Part shown: positions 51,208-61,131 of the stretch, piece after piece
Layout of the letters: each line of letters starts with the position of its first letter
Numbering within the stretch: position 1 is the first letter of the stretch
DNA from: Candidatus Nitrospinota bacterium M3_3B_026
Lineage (GTDB): Bacteria; Nitrospinota_A; UBA7883; JBPRGF01
Direction: 5' to 3'
DNA: 64,000 nucleotides
NCBI GenBank assembly: GCA_051418015.1
Contig: JBPRGF010000003.1
Span: 96,001-160,000, forward strand
Notes under the pieces: model-generated
The model's database searches: none
What the model saw: only the letters and a program-made list of their open reading frames with translations
What the model was told of the DNA's origin: nothing
Translations under genes and position numbers: made by a program

Positions 51208-52689
51208 GTGAGACAAACGGCTTCAGCATTCGTTCTGGCGCTCCTTTGCGCCCTGACGCTGGCCCCCGCGTTCGCCGCCGCGCCGCCGTGGCTTGGAGAA
51301 AGCTACGGCGAGACGGTCTCCGAGGAGTGGATGAACGTTATGCTCGGCGGGCGCAAGATAGGCTTCTCCCACCGCAAGGTGGAAAAAGGCGATGACGGCT
51401 ACCGCGTCACCGGCCGGGCGCTGATCCGCCTCTCCCTGATGGGCGTGACTCAGGACCTTTCGTTCTCCCAGTCCTACTACCTCGACGAGAACAAGGAGGT
51501 CTTAGGCTTCATCTCCCTCAAAAAAATCCAGAGCCAGCGGATGCGGACGGTGGGGACGGTGAAGGACGGCGCCGTGGAGCTGGAGATCACCGGGGCGGGG
51601 GGAACGTCGAAGACCAGCGCGGCGCTGGCCCCCGGGACGATGTTCCTCGAGACGCTTCCTTTCCAGATCGCCTCCGAGCTGCGCGTGGGGATGAAAAAGA
51701 CCGTCCCCGTCTTCATCATCGAGCTTCGCGCCATGGACAACCTGACTATCAGCGTGCTGGACAAAAAGAAGATGGAGCTTGACGGGAAGATGGCGCCTGT
51801 CTTCGTGGTCGAGCATACCATCCAGGGTCTGTCCAGCGTAAGCTACATGACGCCGGAAGGGATAACCGTCCGGGAGGAGGAGCCGCTGATGGGGATAACA
51901 TCGGTGAGAGTCCCGGAGGGCGAGGCGCTCTCCTTCCCCGATGGGGCAGTGCCCGTGACGAGCCTCATCACCTTCAGCCTGATAAAGCCTTCGGGGCCCG
52001 TCCCGCCCGCGCCCGGCTCGCTCAAGGAGATGCGGATGGTGATCGGCGGGGTGGACGATCCGGCCTCCATCCCCTCGGACGCAAGGCAGATGAGGCTCGA
52101 GGCGGAATGGAAAACCGGCCCGGACGGAAAACGGACCGCCAGCGTCCCCGTCGTGACCTTCAAGGCGGCGCCATCTCAAAAAGTCTCCATCGCCGGGGCG
52201 TCGCGGGCGGAGCCGGAGTTTTTAAAACCCACCCCCGAGGCGCAGTCGGACAACGAGATGATAAAGGCAAAGGCCCGCGATATCGTAGGAGATGAAAAGG
52301 ACGCCTGGGCCGCCGCCAGGCTCATCAATCGCTGGGTCCACGAAAACGTGGAGAAGAAGCTGGCGGACTCCTTCACCGCCGTGGATGTCCTGAACTCCAT
52401 GGAGGGCGAATGCCAGAGCCACACGAACCTTTTCATTGCGCTGGCCCGGAGCATTGGGATACCAGCGAGGGCGGCCTCGGGGGTGGTATATTCAAAAGAG
52501 AACGAGGGGTTCCTGTACCACGCCTGGCCGGAAGTTTTCGTCGGCGAGTGGGTGGCGATGGACCCCACCCTGGGCCAGGAGGTGGCCGGCGTAACGCACA
52601 TAAAGCTTGCCGAAGGGGGGCTTGAAAGCCAGGTGAAGCTGGTACGGTTCCTGGGCAGGATATCCATATCCATAAAATCTTACGAGTAA
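51208..52689 (+). CDS. Exported transglutaminase-like protein
   Basis: Signal peptide; GECQSH, YHAWPE and MDPT catalytic triad motifs. Confidence 0.85.
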   Translation: MRQTASAFVLALLCALTLAPAFAAAPPWLGESYGETVSEEWMNVMLGGRKIGFSHRKVEKGDDGYRVTGRALIRLSLMGVTQDLSFSQSYYLDENKEVLGFISLKKIQSQRMRTVGTVKDGAVELEITGAGGTSKTSAALAPGTMFLETLPFQIASELRVGMKKTVPVFIIELRAMDNLTISVLDKKKMELDGKMAPVFVVEHTIQGLSSVSYMTPEGITVREEEPLMGITSVRVPEGEALSFPDGAVPVTSLITFSLIKPSGPVPPAPGSLKEMRMVIGGVDDPASIPSDARQMRLEAEWKTGPDGKRTASVPVVTFKAAPSQKVSIAGASRAEPEFLKPTPEAQSDNEMIKAKARDIVGDEKDAWAAARLINRWVHENVEKKLADSFTAVDVLNSMEGECQSHTNLFIALARSIGIPARAASGVVYSKENEGFLYHAWPEVFVGEWVAMDPTLGQEVAGVTHIKLAEGGLESQVKLVRFLGRISISIKSYE

Positions 52690-52695
52690 CGCCCG

Positions 52696-53466
52696 ATGAA
52701 CTGCATAGTGAGGGTGAACAAGACGCTGGCGCCGGACTTTTTCTACCTGTCGCTGGAGCCGGTCCAGCCGATGAAGGACATAAGGCCGGGCCAGTTCGTC
52801 ATGGTCCGCTGCTCGAGTTCCACCGACCCTTTTCTGCGAAGGCCGATGAGCATAGCCGACTTCAACCCCGACGGCTCGCGGTTCGGCCTGGTGATAAGGA
52901 TGACCGGGCGCGGCACCCACATGCTCTCAACCCTCGTGCCGTGGGACCACGTGGACGTCCTGGGACCCTTCGGCAACGGGTTTACGATACCGGACGGGGC
53001 GAAGTCCGCCTGGATCGTCGTCGGCGGCTCCGGCGTGGCGCCCTTCCTGGGGCTTCTGGAGAACGCCCCGGAGGGGGAGGCCTATTACACCGTCTTCATG
53101 GGAGCGGCCGACCGGGAGCGGCTCTTCTTCGGCGACGCTTTCGAGGAGGAGGGGGCGCGGGTGATAAAGGCCACCGAGGACGGCTCGGAGGGTTTCAGGG
53201 GCATGGTCACCGGCCCCCTGCTGGAGAAGCTCGAGGAGGGGGAGCGGCCGGACGTCATCCTCTCCTGCGGCCCGGCGCCGATGATGAGGGCCGTGGCGGA
53301 GATCGCCCGGGAGCGGGGCATACCCCTCTTCGTCTCCATGGAGAACAGGATGGCCTGCGGGTTCGGCGCCTGCCTGGGATGCGTGGCGAAGACCAGGGAC
53401 GGGGATGGCTACGTGACCGTCTGCAGGCGCGGGCCGGTTTTCGACGCGGCTGACGTGGAGATTTGA
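52696..53466 (+). CDS. pyrK: Dihydroorotate dehydrogenase electron transfer subunit
   Basis: PGQF, LRRPMSI, CGP and MACGFGACLGC...C..GPVF motifs. Confidence 0.95.
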   Translation: MNCIVRVNKTLAPDFFYLSLEPVQPMKDIRPGQFVMVRCSSSTDPFLRRPMSIADFNPDGSRFGLVIRMTGRGTHMLSTLVPWDHVDVLGPFGNGFTIPDGAKSAWIVVGGSGVAPFLGLLENAPEGEAYYTVFMGAADRERLFFGDAFEEEGARVIKATEDGSEGFRGMVTGPLLEKLEEGERPDVILSCGPAPMMRAVAEIARERGIPLFVSMENRMACGFGACLGCVAKTRDGDGYVTVCRRGPVFDAADVEI

Positions 53467-53467
53467 C

Positions 53468-54385
53468 ATGACGATAAACCTGGAGAACACCGTCGCCGGG
53501 ATAAGGCTGAAAAACCCGATCATCGGCGCGTCGGGGACTTTCGGCTACGGCCTCGCCTACCAGCGGTTCTACGACCTTTCGGCCATCGGGGGGTTCGTCA
53601 CCAAGGGCCTCTCGCTGGAGCCCAGGAGCGGAAACCCCACCCCCAGGATATGCGAAACCCCCGCGGGGATGCTGAACGCCGTGGGGCTGCAGAACATCGG
53701 GCTGGACGAGTTCACGAGAAAAAAGCTGCCGAAGCTCAAGGAGATCGACACGGCTGTGATCGTCAACTTTTTCGGCGACACCGTCGAGGAATACGCCGGG
53801 ATGGCCGAGCGGCTCGACGAGCTGGAGGGGATCGACGGGCTGGAGATGAACATATCCTGCCCGAACGTAAAGGAGGGGGGCGTGGTCTTCGGCTCGGACA
53901 CGAAGATCACCGCGGAGGTTGTCCGGGCCTGCCGGGCCAGGACGAAAAAACCGCTGATCGTGAAGCTCTCCCCCAACGTGGCGGACATAGCTGAGTTCGC
54001 CAGAGTCTGCGAGGCCGAGGGGGCGGACGCCCTGAGCGTCATGAACACCATCCTTGGGATGGCCATAGACATCCGCGCCCGGCGGCCCATCCTGAGCAGG
54101 AGGGTGGGGGGGCTCTCCGGCCCGGCCATAAAACCAATCGCCTTGCGCATGGTGTGGCAGTGCCACGAGGCGGTGAAAATCCCCATCTTCGGGATCGGGG
54201 GGATAGCGGACGCGGAGGATGTCGTGGAGTTTCTTCTGGCCGGGGCGTCGGCGACGCAGGTGGGCTCGATGAACTTCGTGGAGCCGATGATCCTGAAAAA
54301 CCTGGCCGAGGAACTGCCGGACCTTCTCTATTCCCTGGGCGTCTCCGACTACCGGGAGCTCATCGGCGCCGCCCACGGGGCGTAA
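53468..54385 (+). CDS. pyrD: Dihydroorotate dehydrogenase 1B catalytic subunit
   Basis: ASGTFG, GMLNAVGLQN, NISCPN, VKLSPN and GGLSGPAIKP motifs. Confidence 0.96.
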   Translation: MTINLENTVAGIRLKNPIIGASGTFGYGLAYQRFYDLSAIGGFVTKGLSLEPRSGNPTPRICETPAGMLNAVGLQNIGLDEFTRKKLPKLKEIDTAVIVNFFGDTVEEYAGMAERLDELEGIDGLEMNISCPNVKEGGVVFGSDTKITAEVVRACRARTKKPLIVKLSPNVADIAEFARVCEAEGADALSVMNTILGMAIDIRARRPILSRRVGGLSGPAIKPIALRMVWQCHEAVKIPIFGIGGIADAEDVVEFLLAGASATQVGSMNFVEPMILKNLAEELPDLLYSLGVSDYRELIGAAHGA

Positions 54386-54758
54386 AGCGCGGGGGCCTGT
54401 CTATCGGTTAAAATCAACTCCCCGCCCGCCGGTTCGCGGCGGAAGCGGGCGCTGACGGATTCTGCGTAAAACCGCCCGGCCATTCTTTCAGACTTTCCGG
54501 ACGGTTAAACGTGGTGTCCAGTGAAACGCCGCCGCCTGAAACCGCCCGAAAACCGCCGCCCGCTAATGGGGAGAAGGGCGAAGCGGCCGAAGCGAGGTCC
54601 GCGGCAAACGCATCCTGGGGAGACAACATCTTCAACGTCATGCCACTATATTCGGGATTTGGCGAGGATCGCTTTAGGGTTTTTTTTGCCCGCCGCGCCC
54701 TGGGCGAAAAAAAACGGCGCCCCGCAGGGCGCCGCTCACACCCGCCGTATCCGGCGGA

Positions 54759-56240
54759 TCACTTCTTCTCGGGTATCTTTATCGCGAGGAAGCTGGAGCT
54801 GTCGCCGCGCCGCAGCAGCATGAGAACGACGTCCCCCGGCTTGGCCGCGGAGAGGACTTCCCTGTAGGTCTCGATATTCTCGACGGGCTTGCGGTTCAGC
54901 TCGGTGATGACATCGCCGGGGCGAATCCCCGCCAGGGCGGCCGGGCTGCCCGGCGCCACGGAGGTGACCACCACCCCCGGGCCCGTCTCCAGGTCGAACC
55001 GCTGAGCCAGCTCCGGCGTGATGTCGCTTGCCCTCAGCCCCAGCGTCTCCTCGCCGATGGAGGGCTTGCCGGGGGCGGGCGCGCCGGTGTCCGGCATCTG
55101 GCCAAGCTCCACGGTCAATGATACCGTCTCGTCGCCTCTTATGACCACGATCTTCACCTTCGCCCCCGGCTTCTCGAAGCCCACCATCCGCGGAAGCTGC
55201 ATGGCGCTAGGCACCTCTTCGCCGTTGAACTCGATGATGACGTCGCCGGTCTTCATCCCCGCCTTGTCGGCGGGGGAGCCTTTGAACACCTCGCTGACAA
55301 GCGCCCCCATCGGCTTCTCGAGGCCGAGGGCTTTCATCAGCTCCTCGGTTATCGTCTGTATCTTCACGCCCAGCCATCCGCGCTGGACCTTGCCTTTTTT
55401 CAGGTCCTCGTAGATGGCCTTGACCTCGTTCACGGGGATGGCGAAGCCTATCCCGATGTTCCCCTGGGACATGCCGCCGGTGAAGATGGCCGAATTTATC
55501 CCCACGACCCTGCCGTTGGTGTCGAGAAGCGGCCCGCCGGAATTACCGGGATTGATGGAAGCGTCGGTCTGGATGAAATTGTCGTAAAGACCGGCGCCTA
55601 TCACCCTGCCCTTGGCGGAGATCACGCCCACCGTCACCGTCTGGGACAGCCCGAAGGGGTTGCCGATGGCCATCACCCATTCCCCGACGTCAAGCGTGTC
55701 GGAGTCGCCGAACTCCAGGGTGGGAAGGTCATGCTCGGGCTTTATTTTTATCAGCGCTATGTCTATCTTGGGGTCGGCGGCGACAAGCTCGGCCTCGTAT
55801 TCCTTCGCCGGAACGCCCGTCGAGCCGTCGCCGAAGGTCACGACGATCTCGACCGCCTGTTCGACGACGTGGTTGTTCGTGAGGATGTAGCCCTCCTCTT
55901 CCACGACGAACCCGGACCCCAGGCTCTGCCGGGTGCGCTCCTGGGGCATCTCGCGGAACCAGGGGAAAAACCTCTCGTAAAACTCCTTCATCTGCTCGTC
56001 GCCGAATATCCCCGCCTCCACTTTCTGTGTGGTGGATATGTTGACCACGGCGGGAGTCTTCTCCTTGGCTATCTTGACGAAAACGTTGGCCGGGTCGGGG
56101 CTTGCGGCGTGGGCGGACGGGGCGAACTGGCCTCCGGAAGAACGCGAAGATGAGGAAAAATGGGCGCCGACGGCCGCGCCGGCCAGGACGAGGCCGAGAC
56201 CCAGGGAAAACCACCTCACTCTTTTCGCGAAATCACTCAC
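54759..56240 (-). CDS. DegQ/Do-family serine protease with two PDZ domains (start uncertain)
   Basis: GSGF, TNNHV, DIALIK, QTDASINPGNSGGPL and RGWLGV motifs. Confidence 0.93.
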   Translation of the reverse strand: MSDFAKRVRWFSLGLGLVLAGAAVGAHFSSSSRSSGGQFAPSAHAASPDPANVFVKIAKEKTPAVVNISTTQKVEAGIFGDEQMKEFYERFFPWFREMPQERTRQSLGSGFVVEEEGYILTNNHVVEQAVEIVVTFGDGSTGVPAKEYEAELVAADPKIDIALIKIKPEHDLPTLEFGDSDTLDVGEWVMAIGNPFGLSQTVTVGVISAKGRVIGAGLYDNFIQTDASINPGNSGGPLLDTNGRVVGINSAIFTGGMSQGNIGIGFAIPVNEVKAIYEDLKKGKVQRGWLGVKIQTITEELMKALGLEKPMGALVSEVFKGSPADKAGMKTGDVIIEFNGEEVPSAMQLPRMVGFEKPGAKVKIVVIRGDETVSLTVELGQMPDTGAPAPGKPSIGEETLGLRASDITPELAQRFDLETGPGVVVTSVAPGSPAALAGIRPGDVITELNRKPVENIETYREVLSAAKPGDVVLMLLRRGDSSSFLAIKIPEKK

Positions 56241-56511
56241 CTTCTTATACCCCCTTGATCCAATCCGGCATGAGCCTGGCATGCTGAAATCATAAAGCGA
56301 ATCATCAATCCTCAAAAAAAGAAATTATAACACATACAAATATAAGACCAAACTTCACCGATAAAAAGGCGGCGCGGCGGGCACAGCGCGTTTTTCGACT
56401 TTTTCCCGTTCTCCTTTTCCTTCACATTTTTCAGGAGCCCTTCCGCCACGGCCCGAAAAATTCTACATTCACACCGGCGCGGCAGGATAAAAGAGCGCGA
56501 AGGAGGAAAGG

Positions 56512-57777
56512 ATGAGCCCGCAACCGCCGGTGATAGTCGTCCCCGGGATAAAGGGGACATCCCTGGCCGATCATTACCATCTGCCGCCGGAGGACGTCTG
56601 GCGGCCGGTTTTCCAGGAAGGTTTTATGGACATCGCCCATCGGGCGAGCTTGCGGCGGATAGCCCTCCACCCGGATAACCGGCGGCGCGAGGCGATGGAG
56701 CCGGCCAGGGTGCTGCCCGGCGCCATCCACGAGTTCGTCTATGGCGAGTTGGTCGAAGAGCTGCGCCACGAGCTGGCCGAGGAGGAGCCGCATCCTGTCT
56801 TCCCATTCGCCTATGACTGGCGCGAGGATATTTCGGTATCCGCCGACCGGCTGGCCCTGTTCGCCGGGGAGGTGGCCGAGCGGGTGGGGCTGATGCGGGG
56901 GGAGCACCGGGGGTACGCCGGGCCGGTGGATATCGTCTGCCACTCGATGGGCGGCCTCGTGGCGGCGGACTGCGTCCATCGCCACGGAGAAAGCGGCCTT
57001 TTCAGGAAGGTGGTTTCGCTGGGGACACCCTTCAAAGGCTCCGTTGAAGCGGTGTGGAAGCTGACCACCGGCCGGGCCTCGCAGTGGATGCGCGGCCCCG
57101 CCCGGGAGCGGGCCGCCAGCAGGACCATCCCCTCCGTATACCAGCTCCTGCCAAGCTACCGGGGGGCTGTTGTATCGAAGGAGGCGGCTCTTCGCGATCT
57201 TTTCAAGACATCCGCCTGGCAGAGGAGCGTCATAAACTCACTGCGCGATTTCATAAAAGAATACGAGGCGCGGGCGCGGCCCGAAGAGCTCCTGGAAAGC
57301 TTTTTGAACCGCGCAAGGAGGCTCCGCGGACGGGTCAACTCGAAAAGGGTCATGGAGCGGCTCGCGGCGGCCGGGGGCGGGTGGCTCGCCATCGTGGGGA
57401 TAGACTGCGACACTTACGTCAACATAAAATCCGCCCGCGAGAACGGCGGCGTCCGCTTCATCCAGACGGGGCGCGAAAACGGCTACGCCTCCGACCCGGC
57501 CAGCCGCCTGACCGGCGACAACACCGTCCCCTTCGGCGGCGCGGCGCCGGGCTTTCTGAAAATCGAAAACCTGGTCTGTGTGACGAAGGAGGATTTCGGT
57601 TTTTTCGAGTTCGAAAAGCTCCTGGACCTGCACACAGCCCTGCCGAGGATGGACCTGGCCCAGCGGATGGCCATAAAATTCCTGAAAAACAAACCTTTTT
57701 ACCTGCCCGAGGGCGGCCGTCCCGCGCCGGGGATACCGAGGGAGCGATGGGAGCCGCCGATCGGTTTCGACTCGTGA
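56512..57777 (+). CDS. LCAT/PGAP1-like alpha/beta hydrolase
   Basis: VPGIKG, FAYDWR, CHSMGG nucleophile elbow, LGTPF.GS and GDNTVP motifs. Confidence 0.8.
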   Translation: MSPQPPVIVVPGIKGTSLADHYHLPPEDVWRPVFQEGFMDIAHRASLRRIALHPDNRRREAMEPARVLPGAIHEFVYGELVEELRHELAEEEPHPVFPFAYDWREDISVSADRLALFAGEVAERVGLMRGEHRGYAGPVDIVCHSMGGLVAADCVHRHGESGLFRKVVSLGTPFKGSVEAVWKLTTGRASQWMRGPARERAASRTIPSVYQLLPSYRGAVVSKEAALRDLFKTSAWQRSVINSLRDFIKEYEARARPEELLESFLNRARRLRGRVNSKRVMERLAAAGGGWLAIVGIDCDTYVNIKSARENGGVRFIQTGRENGYASDPASRLTGDNTVPFGGAAPGFLKIENLVCVTKEDFGFFEFEKLLDLHTALPRMDLAQRMAIKFLKNKPFYLPEGGRPAPGIPRERWEPPIGFDS

Positions 57778-57869
57778 CGGGCCTCCTGGAAAGCTTGTCC
57801 GCGGGAGGGAGGGCGCGTAATATATTAACTGCATAGCGCTAAAAATTTTTCAGATAGGAGACGGGAACG

Positions 57870-58367
57870 ATGCCGAGCACGCATGAGAACCTCCAGACAG
57901 CATTCGCCGGAGAGAGCCAGGCCAACCGCAAATACTCCGCCTTCGCCGAAGCCGCGGACAAGGACGGTTTCCCCAATATCGCAAAGCTTTTCCGGGCGAC
58001 GGCCCAGGCCGAGACGTTCCACGCCAAGGGGCATTTGAAGAACATGGGCGGAATAAAAACCACCGCCGAAAACCTGCAGACCGCCATAGCGGGGGAGACC
58101 TACGAGTTCACGGAGATGTATCCCCCGATGCTCGAACAGGCCGAGGCGGAAGGGCATAAGTCCAGGACAATGTTCAAGTGGGCGCTGGAGGCCGAAAAAG
58201 TCCACGCCGCCCTGTACACCAAGGCGCTCGAGGCCGCCAAGGCCGGAAAAGACATCGACGTGGAGGTCTACCTCTGCCCCAGTTGCGGACACATAGAGTT
58301 CGGCAGGCCGAGCGAGAAGTGCCCCATCTGCGGCGCCGCGCCGGAGAAATATCTGAAGATAGACTGA
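57870..58367 (+). CDS. rbr: Rubrerythrin
   Basis: AFAGESQAN, ETFH, GETYE and EKVH motifs; CPSCG...CPIC rubredoxin domain. Confidence 0.93.
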   Translation: MPSTHENLQTAFAGESQANRKYSAFAEAADKDGFPNIAKLFRATAQAETFHAKGHLKNMGGIKTTAENLQTAIAGETYEFTEMYPPMLEQAEAEGHKSRTMFKWALEAEKVHAALYTKALEAAKAGKDIDVEVYLCPSCGHIEFGRPSEKCPICGAAPEKYLKID

Positions 58368-58497
58368 CCCGCGGGGAGGGAGGCATTGGGATGATGGCGA
58401 TCAGCCCCGCGGCGCGGGGCGCCTGGCGCAGAGCGGCTCTGTGGAGGCGGCGCCCCGTGTTTTTCATTGCGGTGGCGGGACTCTCCCCGGCTTCCGA

Positions 58498-59193
58498 ATG
58501 AAAGGCGCCGCGTCCGGATTCGGTGCCTTTTTTCGCGCGTTGAGGAGAACCTTGGGGCGGGCGCTTTTCAACCCCGAGTCTTACTGGAAGACGAGGCATT
58601 CCAGGGATGAGCTCGGCATCAGGAAGGTCGGGAACATATGCAAATCCCGGGATGAAAACGTCACCGAGTACCGGCGAGCGCAGGGCCAGATGGCGAACTA
58701 CCTGGAAGACGACGTCGGGGACATCTCAAAAGCCTCCATCCTGGACCTGGGTTTCGGCATGGGACACTACGCTGGCCTTGCCCGTAGGCTCGGCGCCGCC
58801 TTCTATCACGGCTTGGACTTCGCCTCCAAAGATATCGACGCCCTGACAGGGAAATACTCTGGCCTTAAATTCGAAAATAGGGACATCTGCGAGCCGGGGC
58901 TGGATCTCGGCCGGAAGTACGACGTGATTTTGTTGATCGACGTCGCTTACCATATCGTCGATGAGCGCAAATTCAGGTCGTTGATAGATAACGTCAGAAG
59001 ACACGTCAGGGCGAGATCGGTGATATACGTGACCGGCCGGTTCAAGAACGGAACTCCGACCGCCGCTCACGTTTCCCATCGCGAGCTTTCGCGATTCGAG
59101 GGACTGACAAGCCTGGGAACGGTGAAAGGGCCGGAGCGCTGGAGGGACAACTCGATCGTTCGAATAATCGTCGAAAACGCGCCGGGCCTTTGA
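58498..59193 (+). CDS. Class I SAM-dependent methyltransferase
   Basis: ILDLGFGMG, GLDF and YDVI..DVAYHI motifs. Confidence 0.8.
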   Translation: MKGAASGFGAFFRALRRTLGRALFNPESYWKTRHSRDELGIRKVGNICKSRDENVTEYRRAQGQMANYLEDDVGDISKASILDLGFGMGHYAGLARRLGAAFYHGLDFASKDIDALTGKYSGLKFENRDICEPGLDLGRKYDVILLIDVAYHIVDERKFRSLIDNVRRHVRARSVIYVTGRFKNGTPTAAHVSHRELSRFEGLTSLGTVKGPERWRDNSIVRIIVENAPGL

Positions 59194-59216
59194 CGGGACG
59201 ATGCCGCGCCGGTCCC

Positions 59217-59387
59217 TTAATCCTCCTCCTTCTCCTCCTCCATATCCCCTGTGTCGATGTCGTAGATGGGGTGCAGATGCTCGGCCTGTTCGTCCTGGAG
59301 TTTCAGCACGCGGCGCATGCAGTAGAAGGCCAGGGAGACGATGAAAACCCAGCTCAGACCCATCATCAGCCAGCCGCCGACGGTCAT
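59217..59387 (-). CDS. Small membrane subunit of NSS transporter (MetS-like, 56 aa, missing from ORF track)
   Basis: MTVGGWLMMGLSWVFIVSLAFYCMRRVL followed by an acidic tail; ATGA overlap with the transporter stop. Confidence 0.75.
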   Translation of the reverse strand: MTVGGWLMMGLSWVFIVSLAFYCMRRVLKLQDEQAEHLHPIYDIDTGDMEEEKEED

Positions 59388-60934
59388 CGCGCCTTCTCCG
59401 GTTTGCTGTTTCCCCGCCAGACATACTCCACGGCGATTATAAGCCCCAGGATGAAAAGCCCCATTCCGATCATCGTCCCCAGGGCGTATGGGAACTTCTC
59501 GGCGGAGACCCCGCGCAGAAGGAGGTTGTCCAGCCCGTCCTGGTAGAACCAGTAGCCGAGGATGATGAGCAGGTAGGCGGGCGTCACGTATTTTATGATG
59601 AACTTGAAAACGGCGGGGACGCGTATGTCCGCTCCCTGGTGGAGCTTTTCAAAGCCCTTGTCTATGCCGAATATCCAGCCGAAGATGATGACCTCGCCGG
59701 TGGCGAACAGCACTATGGCGAAAGTGCCCGCCCAGAAGTCCATCATGTCCAGCACTCCCTTGTCGATGAACAGGATCGCGGGCTGTATGGCGAGGAAGGA
59801 TAAAAACCCGAGGATGGCCACGGACCGGCGCCTGCTCATCCCGAACTCGTCCTCCAGGAAGGCGATCCCCGGCTGGAGCATGGATATGGAGCTTGTGATC
59901 CCCGCCAGGAAAAGGAGGAAAAACCACATGAAGGCCAGAACGCCCGTAAAAGGCATCTTGGAGAAGACCAGCGGCATCGTCACGAACCCCAGGTCGAACG
60001 CGCCGCCGTGGGCTATCTCCTCTATCCCCACCGGGCCGAAGAAGACGAAAGCCGCCGGGATGGCTATCGACGCGCCGATTATCACCTCCACGGTCTCGTT
60101 TATGGATATCGACGTCAGGCCGGAAAGCGCCACGTCGTCGTCCTTCTTCAGGTAGCTGGCGTAGGTGATGATGAGCCCGAGGCCGACCGATGTGGTGAAA
60201 AATATCTGACCAGCCGCCGCGAGCCACACCTTGGCGTCGGCCAGCTGGGAAAAGTCCGGATTCCACAAAAACCCGAGCCCGTTGGCCACGTTCCAGTCCG
60301 GCAGCCTCGGGTCCGGCGCGCCGAGGGTGAGGACGCGGAACATGATGATCAGCCCCAGCGTCACCAGGATGGGCATGGCGATCTTGCTTATCACCTCGAT
60401 GCCCTTGACCAGGCCCCGGTAGATGAAAAACAGGTTTATGGCGAAAGTTATCAGGAAGAAGGTATAGGCGGGCCCCAGGCCGGTGAACCAGCTGTTTTCC
60501 TCCAGGCCCTGGTAGCCCGTCAGAAACTCCTTCATCTGCCCCATGTTGGCCGCGTCGGTCAGGTCGCCCTTCAGCGCGTACCAGGAGAAGGCAAGGCACC
60601 ACGACTCGATATAGACATAGTAGAAATTTATCATCAGGGGGATAAAAATTCCCAGAACCCCGAAATACCTCGCCGCGCGGTGGTTCCAGAAGACGTTCAG
60701 TATCCCCGGCCCGGAGCCATGCCCCCTGCCGCCCGCGGCCCGGCCCATGGTCCATTCCACCCAGCAAAGGGGGATGCCGAGCAAAAAGAGGGCGATTATG
60801 TACGGGATCATGAAAGCGCCGCCGCCGTTCTGCGCGGCCTGGACGGGAAACCGCAGGAAATTGCCGAGCCCCACCGCCGAGCCCGCCACGGCCAGGATGA
60901 TGCCCAGCCTCGTGCCCCAGTTTTCTCGCGGCAT
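59384..60934 (-). CDS. Sodium-dependent amino-acid transporter (NSS/LeuT family)
   Basis: RENWGTR, GSAVGLGNFLRFP, NGGGAFMIPY, AAAGQIFF and AGITSS motifs. Confidence 0.95.
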   Translation of the reverse strand: MPRENWGTRLGIILAVAGSAVGLGNFLRFPVQAAQNGGGAFMIPYIIALFLLGIPLCWVEWTMGRAAGGRGHGSGPGILNVFWNHRAARYFGVLGIFIPLMINFYYVYIESWCLAFSWYALKGDLTDAANMGQMKEFLTGYQGLEENSWFTGLGPAYTFFLITFAINLFFIYRGLVKGIEVISKIAMPILVTLGLIIMFRVLTLGAPDPRLPDWNVANGLGFLWNPDFSQLADAKVWLAAAGQIFFTTSVGLGLIITYASYLKKDDDVALSGLTSISINETVEVIIGASIAIPAAFVFFGPVGIEEIAHGGAFDLGFVTMPLVFSKMPFTGVLAFMWFFLLFLAGITSSISMLQPGIAFLEDEFGMSRRRSVAILGFLSFLAIQPAILFIDKGVLDMMDFWAGTFAIVLFATGEVIIFGWIFGIDKGFEKLHQGADIRVPAVFKFIIKYVTPAYLLIILGYWFYQDGLDNLLLRGVSAEKFPYALGTMIGMGLFILGLIIAVEYVWRGNSKPEKAR

Positions 60935-61131
60935 TTTACTAAGTTACGGTTTTAAATAGGATTTCCGGGAATAAAAGCCATGATTCGGGCTAATCTATCA
61001 TTTCCCCCGAAAGAGCGCAAGAACACCGGGGCGTGGTAACACGCCGGATCTTGCGCCAGGCGGAGAAAAGGGCTCTCCGGGCATGAATCTTCTTTTGGGT
61101 GAGGAGCGGAAGGGCGGTTGCCGCGCGGCGT

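Noticed and set aside
54414..54641. 75-aa minus-strand ORF and short AAACCGCC repeats
   Set aside because: Low complexity, no motif or clear ribosome-binding site; the repeats are short and irregular.
54680..54714. T8-GCCC...GGGCG-A8 hairpin as a bidirectional terminator between pyrD and degQ
   Set aside because: The T tract precedes and the A tract follows the stem on both strands, the wrong polarity for an intrinsic terminator.
56427..57792. Imperfect inverted repeats flanking the lipase gene (TTTTCAGGAGCCC / GGGCCTCCTGGAAA)
   Set aside because: Short and mismatched, with no target duplication or transposase; compatible with chance.
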